A DNA stretch of 63,885 bases, counting the filler, from Reclinomonas americana ATCC 50394 (Eukaryota), in assembly GCA_048213135.1 (NCBI GenBank). It is 6 parts of 3 records of this genome, joined end to end, with 100 filler letters (N's around TTAATTAATTAA, not from the genome) between each part and the next. Parts side by side here need not be neighbours in the genome. Positions count along the whole stretch, not along the records: positions 12,082 to 28,431 come from PS015501.1; positions 28,532 to 36,292 come from PS015502.1; positions 36,393 to 51,011 come from PS015502.1; 3 more parts are not named here. One strand, 5' to 3'. Of this stretch, positions 25,501-38,601 are shown piece after piece (position 1 is the stretch's first letter; the number at the start of each line of letters is the position of its first letter). A program made the position numbers and the translations under genes. The notes beneath the pieces are model-generated. The model was not told where the DNA came from. It worked only from the letters and a program-made list of their open reading frames with translations, and did no database searches.

Positions 25501-28431
25501 TGTAGATACCGCCAGAGTTGCACGAGAGACTGAACCGAGCAGAGTCGTCTCGGTCGGCACTGGCACAGGTTGCCGTGCGAACGCCAAACAGTACGGGCTT
25601 CACATCCCACTTGACACGCGGGATCACGTGCGACTCGGTGCAGCCTTCGGTGGCCAAGGCTGACTCCATGGCCTCCAGCGGCGCAATAGCCCAGTTCAGT
25701 CGGAACGCTGGGCACGACTCCCACGCCGGAGCTGCGATAACCACAAACCGGGGTGAGCTCACCTCGCACAGTCGCCGCCAACACGACAAATAAACATTTG
25801 GCACACGCAACTGGCATCGACCTCCTCAGCCAACTGGAACGTGAACGACAGGAAGTACTCGCCCGGCTCCAGATCCAGGTTCATGGGCGAACCTTCGGTC
25901 GCCGGCTTGTCATCGCCGGCACGATAGAGAGAGACACGACCAGTGATGTACTCCTGCATCTCGAGCATGACGCCGTCGGCCTTCTCGATGGTCAGTCGCA
26001 TAAGCGAGCGGCGCGTGACCTTGAAGCGCACGGCCTGCGACGTGGCCGAGAAGTCGGCGTGGTAGTCGCCCGACACGTGCAGCGTGCCCGTGGCCTCGTC
26101 CAAGTAGCCAGCAGTGTTGGCAGTCGGCGGCAAAAACTCCACGGTTGGATCGCACAAGTGATGCGGCATCTGTCGCATGACCTCATCGACAGACGTGCCC
26201 GTCGACGGCTCCGATGGTTCCTTGGGCGTCGGTGCAGAGTCGGTGGAATCATAGTCCTCCGTGTCCGACGTTGGCGTTGTCGGCTCAATCTCTCCCACCG
26301 GTGCCAGAGAGAACGTCAAATCCATGACCAGACAAGACACGGAAGACGCTGCCCGTGTGTCCGTCAGGTCGTAGCCCCACAGCGTGTACATGCCCGGCGA
26401 CAGGAAGCGGTCAATGTCTTGCCGGTTGGTGTGGGAGACGCCGAGAATGCAACTGCGTGCACTGGGGTCCTTGCTGTTGTACCCGCCCTCTGAGATGGCA
26501 GCCAGACACCCACGCCGGTTGCCACCAACCTCCACCGCCAACACCACATGACCCGCCACAAATCGATGCCCGAGTACGGCACGCATGGTGAGCGGTCGGT
26601 TCATCACCTGGAAGTTGAAGGAGAACAGCTCGCGGTCGAGCTCCGTGTGGCGCTCCAGATGCATGACCTTGTGCTCCAGCAGCAGACTGCCATCCACCGG
26701 GAACCACGATGTGGGAGGGACTGGGAACTTGATTGGGTGCTTCTTGAACGCACTGCACATTTTCTGTGCACATTTTCAAGACCATGAGCATGAGCGCGCA
26801 TGAGTCATTCAATCCAACATGGCAAGAGAGACGCACCTCCACCGCTGGGACCTCCTCCGTCTTGAAGTGATCCAGAGGCTCCACCTGGATCTCCATGTTC
26901 AGCAGCACGCATCCGGCATGGTGCGTCGAGCCAGGAGTGCTGACGACATCGATTTCCACGGCGTACATGTGGCCGCTCAGCACCTGACTGGAGAGGATTT
27001 TAAGACCAGACACCAGCTGCAAGGCACTGTGATCCTCCGGTGCCTCCGGCTCCTTGGACGGCTTGCCAATCCACACTGTTGTCACGTCGCGCAACTGAAC
27101 ACGCAACGCTTCAATCGGCGCACCCAACGTGTGCACCGACAAGCGGAACAAGGAGTCGCTGCGGGCGGTGAACGAGATAGAATGCCAATGCTGCAGCGTT
27201 GCTTTCCACCGCGACGACACTCCCGGCCTGTGCGACGCAAAAGACAGGCAATTCAACAGGGGAGCGAGAGAGAAAGAGAGAGAGTGTGTGTGTGTGTGTC
27301 ATTGGCCAGCCACTCACCGATTCGTGTCACTGGCGTCGAGTCCGGATTCGACCTCTCCAGCCACGCCATCGTCGGTCTCGTCCACACGATCGGCGAGCCA
27401 ATCCTCGCCCTCCTCTTCGCCGTCGAGCTCTTCGCCCACCGGTGCACTGTCGGTGCCACCAGACGGCGGTCGAAGAGAGCTGGGTGGAATGTACTCGGAG
27501 GTGGCGGCCAGACCGTACGTGTCCGCCACATGGAACCACGCCGTGCGGCCAAACCCGAGCGATTCCAGCGTCAACGGCGGCGGTTCGGTGTGCGACGGAC
27601 ACACGTGTTTCACCGCCGACTCCTCGGCTTCGCTGTCGCCGGTGCGCTGACACACTGGGTACTCACCAAAGTAGCCATTCTCCTCGTCGCACGAGTCACA
27701 CATGCGATGAATCGACGTGTAGCCGGGCAGACACTCGCAGATGGGGTAACCGAGATCGTCAGTGCAGGTGCCGTAGCCACTGCAGCTCTGCTCTGCGCAT
27801 TTGTGATCCATGACGCACAGGGCCGAGTGCGGGAAGTGGTGGTAGCCATCCACACACAGTTCGCACAGAGCGCCCGTGTACGGATGAACGCACTGGCATT
27901 GGCCAGTCGACGCATTGCATGTTCCGTGGCCACTGCAGTCGCACGTGGCGCCCGTCAAAAACACATGATCCATGCGATACACGTCGTCGGACACAACAAA
28001 GGGAAGCGACGGTTCACGAGCTGTCCGCAGACGGCTGATTCGCAGCTTGACCACGTATTTCTGTGCAGAGCGAACAAACAAAAAATATCGTGAGTGCACG
28101 GGAGCGTCGCTGAGCACGACCCACTCTCGATACCGGCACCTTTTTCGGCTCAAAGTCGGCACTGTTGAACGCCAGAATCACTTGCGTGTTGTGACCGCGT
28201 CCGTAGAAAAACGCGGCCCGTGGCAGCACGCTCTTCTTCTCGCGACAGCTCGGGCACATGAGCTCGACCACACGCTCGTCGACAAACATGTCCAGCAACG
28301 ATTTCGGTGCCGACGGCGTCTGCACAGCTGCAGCGCGACGAAATGTAAACAATCAGATATCTCACGCCCCATCCACAACAATGAACAGCAGGTGCGTGGT
28401 ACCTTCGGAAAAGGTGAACGTCATCGAAAAT
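22504..28431 (-). CDS. Upstream exons of the giant EGF/beta-rich surface protein; 5' end lost at linker
   Basis: Laminin/EGF repeats CSGHGTCNASTGQCQCVHPYTGALCELC and CSGYGTC...CECLPGY, plus many beta-rich exons bounded by GT-AG. Confidence 0.78.
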
Positions 28432-28531
28432 NNNNNNNNNNNNNNNNNNNNNNNNNNNNNNNNNNNNNNNNNNNNTTAATTAATTAANNNNNNNNNNNNN
28501 NNNNNNNNNNNNNNNNNNNNNNNNNNNNNNN

Positions 28532-29804
28532 GCGATGCTTCTCGCACATGATGGTGGCTACGCAGACGTGAGTCAATCGACGAAACGCTGCACTCAATGC
28601 ATAGACTCTCACCAAAATGATCGGCGGCGAGCAGCGCTGGCCAGAATACGGCCTGCGGGGCGTCTTCCTGGCGCTTCCACGGCACGCACACCAGGCTGTA
28701 GATGAGGCGCAGAACTTCCGTCTTCACCGCCGTGTTGTCAAACGAGTACACCAGGAAAATGTCTTGAATCGCGTGCGGATGTTCCACCAAGTAGCTGAAG
28801 CCAGTCTGCACGGACGGTACGCTGCAATCAGCTTACCACAATGGGAAATCAAGACCAAAGCAGTGTGTGCCACACCTGCGAGTCGGCGATGCGTTGCAGA
28901 CAGTTGAGGGTCAGCAGCACAACCTGTGCGGCTTCCTTGCTGCACGGCCAAGGAAGAGTGAGTTGCTGCACACACACAGCGAGAAGATACACGGTACACG
29001 CACCTTGGCTGACGGTAGTCTTCGCCAAGAAGCGACAGCAGCACGGCAACGCCGTCCAGGTTGAGGAACTTGCGCAGCCACGACATGACCGCTCCACTGC
29101 AACGTGGCCGAGTGAGCGTGACAGGCCCACGACGCAACAACAACAACACCAACGAAGAATACACACCGCAGCTCCTGATGGAGGCTCTCAAAGTCGGCCA
29201 TATTCAGCGGCCGCTCACGCAACATTGCCAAAAAGTACTCGGGTTGTCTGGTGACCAACATCTACCCATCATGACAAGAAGCGATGAGTGGTGACACAAA
29301 GGCGCAATGAAAGGGGCGTTGAGAACGCACTCTCTCGCCCAGAGACTGGATGAACTGCGTCTTTTGCTCCGTCGATCGCTGCCGCAACGTGGCCTTGGCC
29401 TCGTCCTTCAAGTTCATCTCCATCTTCACATGCATGCATATGGAAGTGATTGAGAGATAGATAGCGATGCTCACACACTTACACACACACACTCTCTCGC
29501 TCACCATGGCCTTTTCAAACGCACTGTCGACCTCCTCCTTGGAGAGATGTACTGTGGGGGGTGGAGTGGTAGTGTCTCGGCGAGGGGGCGGCGACTGAAT
29601 GTGTGCATCGACAGTGTCTGTGTCGCCAAAGATGTTGCTGCTGCTGCTGCTGCTGAGGACGCCGGCCGAGGCCAGGTTGCAGCTGCGCAGCACCGAGGCT
29701 GCGGAGACTGCGCGCAGAGGACGCACAGTGTGCGCGGAGGCGGGTTGAGGCGGAGCTAGGTGCGAGGCATCGTTGGTATCGTGTGGTGGTTGATGCTCGG
29801 CCAT
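28532..29804 (-). CDS. Diaphanous-related formin, N-terminal GBD/FH3 region; 3' part missing
   Basis: EEVDSAFEKAM|MEMNLKDEAKATLRQRSTEQKTQFI, PEYFLAML, SWLRKFLNLDGVAVLLSLL, LNCLQRI and VKTEVLRLIYSLVC. Confidence 0.75.
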
Positions 29805-30055
29805 CCTGGTCAGTGAGTGCCACTGTCTGTGTGTGTGTGTGTGTGTGTTCTCTTTGCTCTTGCGCTCTCCTCAAGAATCAATGTCAGTCCGTCGTGTCCG
29901 CTTAGTGTGGGTGGTCCCACCGTCAGTTGCTTTGATCACTTAACGACGACTCTCTCTGTCTGTTGCCTGCGCCTTGGTACGTTTATTGGTCAGAGTTCGT
30001 CACTCTACACGAACCCAGACAGCTAGCTACCACCACCACCAGCCCCACATCGGTC

Positions 30056-32071
30056 TTACAGTCTATTAAAAAAGGTGGCGTGGAGTCAGACACCCGATAG
30101 CGGCGGACAGAGAGGGACTGACGACAACGACAACGCAACTTCTTCACAATCTGCACGACATCTTCGTCCTCCAGAATGTGATCGCGGCCGACCTTTTGCG
30201 GATTGTGCCGTGCTGACCGTCCCCATACCCATGCACTGCATGCATCGCACAGTGAGCAAGAAGACGGCAACATCAGCTGCTTCCGTAAAAAGCAACGCAA
30301 CTACTTGAAGTCCTTGAGAATGGCGCGATGGATCTTGTTGCAAAAGTGTTCCATCGAGCACATGTGGGACTTGAGAATGACGGGGGCCGAGTAGTCAGGG
30401 AACTGCCCTCTGGGCTTGGTGTAACTGCGGGCAGGGTGCGAGACAGTGAGCACGGCGCTCGAAATCTCAGAACACGTACGAACACCACAAACAACAAGAG
30501 CAATCTCGGAAGGTTGTATCGGGCGGAAAGACAGCAGACTGTCGCCAGTCACCCTTCTATCCTTCCTGGAAAGAACGGAAAAGAGAGAAAGACAAGAGAA
30601 GAGAATTGCCGAAATACTCACATGCGGACCAAGCTTAAGTACTCCCAGATGCGTTCCAGCAGCTCATCCAGATTCCAGCTGTGTTCGGCCGAGATCGGCA
30701 CCACGTGCGGCAGCTTGAACAGAATGTCGAGCTCCTCGATCGTGATTGCGTCGATCTTGTTCAACACATAGATGCACGGAATGTAGATGCTGTGTGTGTG
30801 TGTGCGTGGCGCTGCCGTGAGCGACCACCACGTAAGAATATAGACCACCCAAGGAAATAATCAACTCACCGGTTATTCTCCAGCACATCAATGAGATCGT
30901 CGGCGGTGGCATCGCATCGGAAGCACACGTCGGCATTCGGAATGCGATACTCGTTGAGGATGTTTGACACGGTCTCCTTGTCGAGGTACGACAGATTTGT
31001 CTACGCACCAATCTCATCAGCATAGGAGCAGGAGGTGGCGGCAGAGGCGAAGCATCCATCCACAGCGACTCACCGTCGACGTAATCATGTGTCCACCACG
31101 CTCCTTCTTGCGGAACTGAATGTCTGGCGGCCGCTTGTTGAGACGAATACCAAAGCCCTCGAGCTNNNNNNNNNNNNNNNNNNNNNNNNNNNNNNNNNNN
31201 NNNNNNNNNNNNNNNNNNNNNNNNNNNNNNNNNNNNNNNNNNNNNNNNNNNNNNNNNNNNNNNNNNNNNNNNNNNNNNNNNNNNNNNNNNNNNNNNNNNN
31301 NNNNNNNNNNNNNNNNNNNNNNNNNNNNNNNNNNNNNNNNNNNNNNNNNNNNNNNNNNNNNNNNNNNNNNNNNNNNNNNNNNNNNNNNNNNNNNNNNNNN
31401 NNNNNNNNNNNNNNNNNNNNNNNNNNNNNNNNNNNNNNNNNNNNNNNNNNNNNNNNNNNNNNNNNNNNNNNNNNNNNNNNNNNNNNNNNNNNNNNNNNNN
31501 NNNNNNNNNNNNNNNNNNNNNNNNNNNNNNNNNNNNNNNNNNNNNNNNNNNNNNNNNNNNNNNNNNNNNNNNNNNNNNNNNNNNNNNNNNNNNNNNNNNN
31601 NNNNNNNNNNNNNNNNNNNNNNNNNNNNNNNNNNNNNNNNNNNNNNNNNNNNNNNNNNNNNNNNNNNNNNNNNNNNNNNNNNNNNNNNNNNNNNNNNNNN
31701 NNNNNNNNNNNNNNNNNNNNNNNNNNNNNNNNNNNNNNNNNNNNNNNNNNNNNNNNNNNNNNNNNNNNNNNNNNNNNNNNNNNNNNNNNNNNNNNNNNNN
31801 NNNNNNNNNNNNNNNNNNNNNNNNNNNNNNNNNNNNNNNNNNNNNNNNNNNNNNNNNNNNNNNNNNNNNNNNNNNNNNNNNNNNNNNNNNNNNNNNNNNN
31901 NNNNNNNNNNNNNNNNNNNNNNNNNNNCAAAAGAGGGTGAGTTTGTGAGGGGCATGTCAATGACGCAACACTCTTTCTCGCTTTCACTTTCACTCTCTGT
32001 CTCTCTCGTCTCTCTCGCTCACACACGCTCACCTCGGCCTCAATGTCCTCGATTTGTTGCGCGACCGACAT
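30056..32071 (-). CDS. DRG1: Developmentally regulated GTP-binding protein 1; middle in gap
   Basis: [55 protein letters not shown] and [23 protein letters not shown]. Confidence 0.93.
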
Positions 32072-32150
32072 TCTCGCGTGACCACGCAATCACACCTCTT
32101 TGCAATCCACCGTTCACGCCAGTCGACCGAGCTGTGACGTTGCAATCGAG

Positions 32151-32705
32151 ATGGATCGTTGCGCGCTCTTTGTGTGCCTCTCTCTTTGTGCATGTCTCTC
32201 TCTCTTTGTGACTCATCCTTGTGTGAGCAGCTCGAGGACTAGACGCGCCGTCAGGCATTCCCGATGAGCTGTTGGACGTTGCGCGCGCTCTTTGTCTCTC
32301 TCTCTGTGACTCTCTCTCTGTCTCACACACATGCGCACACACAGGAGAAGGCAGCAGAGAAGGCCGCTGCTGCAGTGCAGAGCAAGATCAACTTGCAGGT
32401 ACAAGTGACTCGCACGCATGCATTGTGATCATCTCCTCTCACACACTCTTTTCTCTCTCTCTCCCTCTGTGTGCAGAGCCTGCCCATTCGTGCGTACCTC
32501 GACCAGACAGTGGTGCCTGTGCTCTTGCAAGGACTGGCGGCTGTGGTGCGCGATCGGTGAGCGTGTCTTGCCTTGTGTATGTGTCGTTTTTCCAAGTTGT
32601 TCAACTCCCCCTCCTTCCTCCTCTTCTTGCAGACCTGCCAAGCCCATTGAGTACTTGGCGGCGTACTTGCACAAGCGCAGCGAGTCGAATGTGGAGAAGG
32701 AATGA
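32151..32705 (+). CDS. DPY30: Dpy-30 family protein, 5 exons
   Basis: Spliced product ...[45 protein letters not shown]. Confidence 0.9.
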
Positions 32706-32958
32706 TGTGTTGCATGGTGGAAGCAAAAGGAAAACAACAACAATGCCACATGCTCTTGTGTGTTGTATAGGGAAGGGAAGGGCAGTGAATGCGCAAGAGT
32801 CTTGTTCTAACACCACGTTTCTTATCGATTGTTTACGTGTAAGACCCTCTTTTCTGTGGCTGGTACCCGTCGAAGAACAGGGCCACAGCAAGATGGGAAA
32901 GAGGAGAAGCATGGAAGAAGACAGAAAATCGAGAATGTGCGCGGAGCGCGCTGCAATC

Positions 32959-34871
32959 TTACACCGACGACTTGGCCGTGCGGAAGCCGACATCGGATTG
33001 CGTCTGTGTATGCAGTCGTGTCAGCATGGTGCGTAATCGTCGTGGAACAACAAGGGGCAGTCGACGCAACTCCCTCCTCGTCGTTCGAGGCGTGTGGTTG
33101 CGGCTCATCGTCGGTCGCGGCCTTGTTCTGCATTCGTGAACACGGGTGAGCATCTCCCATCGCTACAGCTGCATACAAATGCACAACGAGAGACCTTGCA
33201 GCCGACAACCAACTGGAAGACACCGTTGACAACAAGCAGAATGCCGGCAATGAACTGCAGCAAGTGCGAAGGTCCTGGACGAGCGGGGCAACGAGGCGTG
33301 AACATCAGACGCGTGGGAGGGGGGAGGAGAGCGACGATGGTGACTCACCCCACGACGCGGCCAGTGTGCCGATGAAGATGTAGAAGTAGCCACGACCTGG
33401 ATAATCACGTTAGAGAGGGATGGAGAAAGAGGCGAGGGAGGGAAGGAGAAGGGAAGGCAAGGAGAACACGAAATGCAAGGACGAGATGTACGAGAAATAA
33501 GCTCCACATAAAGAGACGGAAGAGGCAGGGACTTACAGGAAGAGATGGGAGGGCGGAAGACGAAGGAGAGAGCGAGAACAAGAAATGCAAGTCAACAGGA
33601 GCGAGAGATCCCACGGAAAGAGAAGCATGGCGAGGTGTATGAGAGTCAAGCTGTGTAGAGAGAGAGAGTCAGAGGTACCCACAGATAGAGAGAACGGGAA
33701 GGAGTGAGCAACGAGAACGAGAGACGGAAAGACAGAAATGCAAGGACGATGCCGTGGAAAGAGAATGCTGGAAGTGACAATGAGAGACATCCTGCGTAGA
33801 AAGGGAGACTGGGAGAGATGGAAGCGAAAGAAGAGAACGGGCTGGAGTGAACGGGAACGAGAGACGGAAAGATAGAAATGCAAGGACGAGATGCAGTGGA
33901 AAGAGAATGCTGGAAGTGATAAATGAGAGACAACCTGCGTAGAAAGTGAGTGGGAGTGATGGAACCGTAAACAGAGAACGGGAAGGAGTGAGCAACGAGA
34001 ACGAGAGAAAGTCACGGGGAGCGAGAAAAAGAGAGACCGAGAGCGAGAAAGACAAGGCTCCATCGTACGCAAATACAGACAGAGAGGAGACTAGACCGTA
34101 GGAAGAGAAGAAAGAGAGAGTGAGGGAAGGAGACAGAGCGAAGAGGGCGAAGACAAGTCCCAAAGAGCGCGCTCATTTCATGCATGCTCCTCCTTTCTCA
34201 CCCGTGTTGGTCTCCATGAAAGCAAATCGCCTGAAGATGAAGCGGCACTTCAACTCGGACACTACACACACGCACACACACACATGAGCACACACGCAGA
34301 GGAACACACACACAAAGACGAAAAACACACGCAACCAAATCCAATAAACGCGAATGCACTGCGCAGCAAGCAAACTCAGTCAGCCAGTCACGAGAGCGAA
34401 CGCAGACACAGCGTGTGCAAAGAGCGATACGCAACATGAGGTAGATGGAGAGCACCTGCAAGAAGTGCATCAGTGAGCAAGAGACAGTCACACATAAAGA
34501 CAACACGCGCACACACTCACCAGCTCAAACAAGTTGAAGGAGACAATGACACCGAGCAACGAGAAGACGCCGACCACGGCCAGACCAAGGCAGCATGCGA
34601 GGCCGACAATCTGCACACACACAGATAGAGAGAGAGAGTGTCAGAGTGCGCGCATTTGAGTGAATCTCTTGTGTGTGTGCGTGTAACACGTGGAACAGCA
34701 ATGAACACAGCACGACACTGCGCTGTGTGTTTGCTCTCATTGTGCGCTCGTGCGTGTGCGTGTGTGTGTGCTCAACACAAAGTCATCGACATGGCGGCAG
34801 ACACACTCTCTCTCTCTGTGTCTGTGTCCGCGTGTGCGACTTACCCGTGAGATGCGCTCCAGCTTGGTCAT
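32959..34871 (-). CDS. TVP15/COPI-associated Golgi membrane protein; start uncertain
   Basis: TM exons IVGLACCLGLAVVGVFSLL, VLSIYL, VSELKCRFIFRRFAFMETNT|GRGYFYIFIGTL and FIAGILLVVNGVFQL. Confidence 0.75.
33690..34010. repeat. About 2.3 copies of a ~140-bp tandem unit inside an ~800-bp intron
   Basis: gagaacggg...gaacgagagacggaaaga(c/t)agaaatgcaaggacga...gtggaaagagaatgctggaagtga...cctgcgtagaaag is repeated. Confidence 0.75.
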
Positions 34872-35164
34872 GCCCTGTGTGGGCGCGGCTTGCAACTGCG
34901 ACTGCATTTTGCTTGTCTTTTGTGACGACAACAGAATGGATTGAGAGTGAGAGGACAAACGGTACAATGCTCACATTGTGAGCGCAACTTCGTTGTTTTT
35001 GCTCGTGCTGCTGCTGCCTGGCGCGCTATTCTTGTCTGCATCAGTGTGCACGGGGAAAGCGATCCTCGAATTGAATTGCAGAAGCGTGTTTTGGTTCATT
35101 TTGTTCCGCTCAAAGCCCAGCCTGGCGTGCATGCATTGTTGTTGTTGTTGTTTTTTGTTGTTGC

Positions 35165-37755
35165 TTACGGGCTGAGGCGCAGTGGGGTGCGCGGGAACAT
35201 GGACGTCTTCTTCACGTTCATCACACCCACAATGAAGCCGGTCAGGCGCTCGAGTCCGAGGCCGAGACCAGCGTGCGGCCAGCCGCCTGCGGACAAGTGA
35301 TTAGTGACAAATGTGACAAGCAGATCGGTGGGCATCATATTGCGACACGCACCGTAGCGCGTTGAGTCAATGTACGCACGCAAGGGGTCCGGGTTCACGC
35401 CGCGAGCACGCAGCCGCTCAATGAGCAGCTCTGGCTCGTGGACGCGCTGTGCGCCAGAGGCGATCTCTTGGCCACGCAGCATGAAATCGTACGAGTTGGA
35501 GTAGTTCTGTGAAGCACGGGCCATTAGCATCTTCTTCTCCTTTTCCTCCTCCTCCGCAAGCAGTGGGGTGAACTCACCGGGTCCTCGGGGCACGGCATGG
35601 TGTAGAACGGACGTGCCGCGAGCGGATACTTATGCAGAATGTAAAAATCGGTGTCGTACTTTTCGCGCACCAACTCGCCCAGCTTCTTCTCCTGCGGCGT
35701 ACTGCACGCAAGAAAGAATTCAGCAATGAGCACTCACCACCAGCAACATCCACTTTCCAGTCAACATGCAAAATACGCAACGACAAATCGCCATTCGGGT
35801 CGGCATCGGCAACGCCGGCCTCCTGCAGCATGCGAATGCCCTCGCGGAAGTCCAGTCGCAGGTTCGGTCCGTCGCGGTTGTACTTCAGTGGCTCACCACC
35901 GTACTGCGCACGGATCGAGGCCAACTCTGCCGGGAAGCGCTCCTCCACCTACGCCCAACCAACAAATGTGGTGAGTGCAAGAGAGCGAGTGACACACAAA
36001 CACTGGTCCACAACAAAGTACCTTGTTGAAAATGTACACGAGGAGAGCGTCGAGCACGTCGAGTGCCTCAAAGTAGTGCTCGTGAATGGTCATTTCAACG
36101 TCGAGACCAATGAACTCGGTCAAGTGTCGTGGCGTGTTGCTGTTCTCGGCACGGAACACTGGCGCCACCTCGAACACACGCATCAAGTCACCCTCCACGG
36201 CCATTTCCTTGTACAGCTGCGGTGACTGTGCCAAGAATGCCTCGCCTGCACATCAACGCCACTGGCGTCAGATACGTCCATTATACATGCAGNNNNNNNN
36301 NNNNNNNNNNNNNNNNNNNNNNNNNNNNNNNNNNNNTTAATTAATTAANNNNNNNNNNNNNNNNNNNNNNNNNNNNNNNNNNNNNNNNNNNNCAGCACAC
36401 GCACCTTCAAAGTACTTGACGCGGAACACCTCAGCACCGCCCTCACTGGCACCGCCAATGATCTTCGGGGTGTGAATCTCCACAAAGTCCTGCGCACAAA
36501 GGAACTCGCGGAAAGCCTGGCCAACACCGCTCTGGATGCGGAACATGGCCACGTGTGCGGGCACACGGAGATCGAGCACACGCTGGTCGAGGCGTGTGTC
36601 CGGGTCCACACGGGGTGCATCCTGTTCCACCGGAAATGAGCGACAGTGTGTGCGCGCACACACACACACACACTCCGCAGCAAGTTAGGAGCGCACGAAC
36701 CGCAAGTGCAGCAGCACTGCCGGAACCAGAGCCATCCTCCGGCGCCTCCGGCCTTGAGGCATCCTCGATGCCGAGTGGCAGCACTGGCTCCGAGGCACTC
36801 ACCAAGTACAGATTCAACACCGCCAGCTCCACGTCGCCCTGCGTGGCCGACTCCACCTTGGCCTTGGCCAACACACCCACCACATCGACAATTGATTCGC
36901 GTGCGAGACTGCAAGCGAGCGCGGAGTGAGTCATCATCATGTCGCCACCACTCGAGGTGAATGTCGCACGAACCCAGCAGCAAACTTGATCATCTCCTTG
37001 GTCGTGTTGTTCTCACCGATAAACATGCACGCCTGCAACGAGTACATGCCGTGGCGGAGCACAAGGAAGCAGCCCTTGGCTGGTGGCAGACAATGGAGAG
37101 AGAGAGAGAATATTCCTCAAAAACCATGATCCACAATCATCGAGTGACACACGAGGCACGCGTACCTTGTGCACGCGAGTTGTGAATGCGAGCGCGCACC
37201 GTCACTTGCATGCCGGCCTTGTCGCCATTCAAATCCTTGATGGGAGTCCACACACGGTTTGTGCGTATCTGCGACTGCAGACGCGGATATATGCCGTACG
37301 GTGCCGAACCCGACACAATCTCGGCAAACTCGAGCACGCGACCCTGAAAGCGCCTGGATCAGTCAACCCATCGTCGTCACATGCACACATATCACTGCTT
37401 GTATACCTTGGTCGCTGCTGCTGCCGCAGCAGCAGCGGCATCAGCCTGACGCTTGCGCTCCTCCTTGCTCAGCTGTAATCATTATCGGAAAAAAAGTGTC
37501 GGTCATTGCACCTCCCACACCAGTCACACATCGCCACACCAGCATACCTTAGGAGCCTTCTCCTGACAATCGCACACACACACACACACGCACCAGTGAG
37601 CACCATCGCAAGAAGGGGAGCAGTCTCACATGACCACACACCTTGCCGCCCTTCTTGCCCTTGCCCTCACCACCCTCGCTCGATGCCGCCGCTCCTCCTG
37701 CAGCAGCAGCAGGGGCAGCCGGCGGTGCCTTGTTGCCCTTCTTGCCCTGGCCAGC
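35165..37755 (-). CDS. DARS: Cytosolic aspartyl-tRNA synthetase, continuous across the linker at 36337
   Basis: OB fold [121 protein letters not shown] and [12 protein letters not shown]. Confidence 0.96.
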
Positions 37756-37908
37756 CTGAACGACACGCAGTCAGACACACGCACACACACGCACACACAC
37801 ACACACACGAGAGAGAGAGAGAGTGTGTGAGAGAGAGACAAACAAGTGTATCCTTCTCGCTGTCGTCGGAAGACAAGGGAAGTCATCGGGACAGCGAAGA
37901 GAACGAAC

Positions 37909-38601
37909 CGAAGGCTGCTCGTCGTTGACCGACAAGTTTAGAGCCTCCACAGAAACACCGGCGAGTGCGAGCAAATCGGTGGCCTCACCACGCGAAACAA
38001 TCCTGTTCAGCGTTGAGTTATAATGGTTTTTCACGGCGTTTGCAGTGCGCCCGGGCAGAGCCTTCGCAATCCTGTACACAGTTACAAACAAAGAAGAATT
38101 GGGCAACAAGATTAGCATCGGAGACCTTGCGGTCGCCGACATCGCACGAAAGACGAAAACGCAACTCTGCCCAGCCACGTCCACTTGAGGCAACCATCTG
38201 CAAGATTTTCACGTTTTCCTCCGTCGACCACTCTTCGTGAGAAATGCTCGGATCCAATTGGTTGACATAGTGCTCTCGAACAGACTTGGCGGTGCGGTCC
38301 GGACCCATGCGGCTCGCAATGCCTTGTTCAACACATGCTACCATAAGCACAAGTTGCGGACAGCATGTGACACTCGGCAAGCCGTTCCTCACCTTTCCAA
38401 TCACGAGCACCATACTCGCTAACCAGCGATCGCAGCAACTCATTCTCTTCCTCCGTCCACTTCTTGTGCGCTGTGCAGGCGGTGAGCTCATCAGTCATTT
38501 CACTGTGCACTTAGGCCAAAAATACCTTGCCGTTCTCTTTTGATCTCCTGCGACGATGCAGCAGACGCACCCGAGTCACCCCCAATCAGACCACGCGGCA
38601 T
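37909..38601 (-). CDS. R2R3 Myb DNA-binding domain exons, apparently the N-terminus of the AspRS gene; may extend 5' of 38601
   Basis: KKWTEEENELLRSLVSEYGARDWK|GIASRMGPDRTAKSVREHYVNQLDPSISHEEWSTEENVKILQM...WAE|IAKALPGRTANAVKNHYNSTLNR. Confidence 0.92.
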
